A stretch of 64,000 nucleotides of DNA from Eledone cirrhosa (Eukaryota). The stretch lies in the NCBI GenBank assembly GCA_964016885.1, contig OZ024741.1, positions 290,594,001-290,658,000 of the forward strand, written 5' to 3'. Both the position numbers and the translations under genes were made by a program. Position 1 is the first letter of the stretch, and each line of letters opens with the position of its first letter. The notes under the pieces were generated by a model that saw only the letters and a list, made by a program, of their open reading frames with translations, ran no database searches and was not told the DNA's origin. Shown here in pieces: positions 62,536 through 64,000 of the stretch.

Positions 62536-63335
62536 ACTCCAACTCTTTCACATAAAACATTCAACGCCATTACAGAAAACATCAACAAAGCCATTGCACA
62601 TATCAACATTTCTTCGCCAGTTTACAAGGAGAAACCTCCCCACAAAATACAAAATTAAAAATAGCACAGCGCCACACACAAACTTTCACACCGGCAGCAG
62701 CAGCAGCAGCAGTAGCAGCAGCAACATCATCATGATCATCATCATAATCATCAGCAGCAGTAGTAGTAGTAGTAGTTAGGGTAGGAGGGTAATACGTAAC
62801 TACGTCACAAATTTAGATTGTTTCAAAAGTTCTTGTTCTCATTTTCTCATCGTAAGGGGATAACATAATAGATTTTCTTTTTTTTACGAAAATCTAAAAA
62901 CAGTAACAACAGGTTATCCTCCCAACCTACTTTTTTCGATACCCCCAGGGGTTGGGAGCACTCGGTTTCAATTTCTGAAAGATAAGACCTTTCTTTTTTA
63001 CTTTTCTTTTTTCTTTCTTTCTTTCTTTTTTTTTCTTTCTTTCATTCAATTATTATTTATTTCTTCCTTTCTTCCTATCATTCTTACTTTCTTTTCTATT
63101 TTCTTTCTTTTGACACGGGATTACGGCCTCAAAATAATGCCGAAACCGCTGTCAAAAAATTCCCGAAAAAACATAATGCTTTGTGTTGTCCCTTGCAATA
63201 ACTGCGAGAATTATGTTACTTCATAGAAGCCATATTATGAAACTTAAGGTGTGGCTATTAAAAGTTACGGATTTATCATCCCCTACCTCTCACCCCCCCC
63301 CCTATACATGAATACACACGCATTGCATTTCACTC

Positions 63336-63394
<59 letters not shown>

Positions 63395-64000
63395 CATGTC
63401 CAATACACACACACATATATATATATATATAATCTTTAAACATGTATTTATGTCTCTGTCAGTCTGTTTGTCTCTCTCACTCATATATATATATGTGTGT
63501 GTGTGTATGTATATACACACACTCACACATATATATATACATACATGTATATGCAAATACTCATAAATAACATATTGTAAGGGACATATTGTATTTATGT
63601 ATATATATATATACATAAATACAATATGTTCCTCTATATATTTAAGATGTTAATGTGTATATACATATACACATTAATATGTGTATAATACATTTCTATA
63701 TATATATGTGGGTGTCTGTGCATTAACGCTTATGTGTATGTGCATCTGCGTATGCTTGTATTTGTGAGTGTATGTGTGTGTTTGAGTGTATGTGTGTGTG
63801 TGTTTGTGTGTTTGTAAGTGTGTGTTTGTGCGTGACAGTATTTTCCACCCACTTAATGATGTGATTTGTCTCAACTAAATTTAATAATAAACTCGTCCCC
63901 CTCATTATCATCGCCCCTAATCTTAAACCTCACCATGTCACCGATTAATCTTATTTCTTAAAACACACACTCACACACATGAGCAAAATATTGAAATATA

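Overview
Repeat-saturated animal genomic DNA with no recognisable host gene, so probably intronic or intergenic. The SINE family and the dense TA/CA/GA/GATA/TAA microsatellites suggest an octopod cephalopod (inference). The main feature is a set of non-LTR retrotransposons sorted by microsatellite target. About nine copies of an L1/Tx1-clade LINE (family A) sit head-to-tail on + inside (TATC)n tracts (8.7-15.8 kb and 21.4-31.3 kb). About five copies of a sister Tx1 family (B) sit on + at (ATT)n tracts (34.9-49.1 kb), interleaved tail-to-tail with minus-strand R4/Dong-type LINEs that use the same tracts. Also present: a 5'-truncated but otherwise open RTE LINE ending in three C2H2-type fingers, RTE fragments, tRNA-derived SINEs whose TSDs start with ATTA, several Penelope-type minimal hammerhead ribozyme motifs (two inside a perfect 144-bp inverted repeat), a 281-bp inverted repeat, an internally deleted Helitron, a hAT MITE, mariner and Penelope remnants, and two large minisatellite blocks. 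All calls were made by eye, no database search was run, and boundaries are accurate to a few bases at best.
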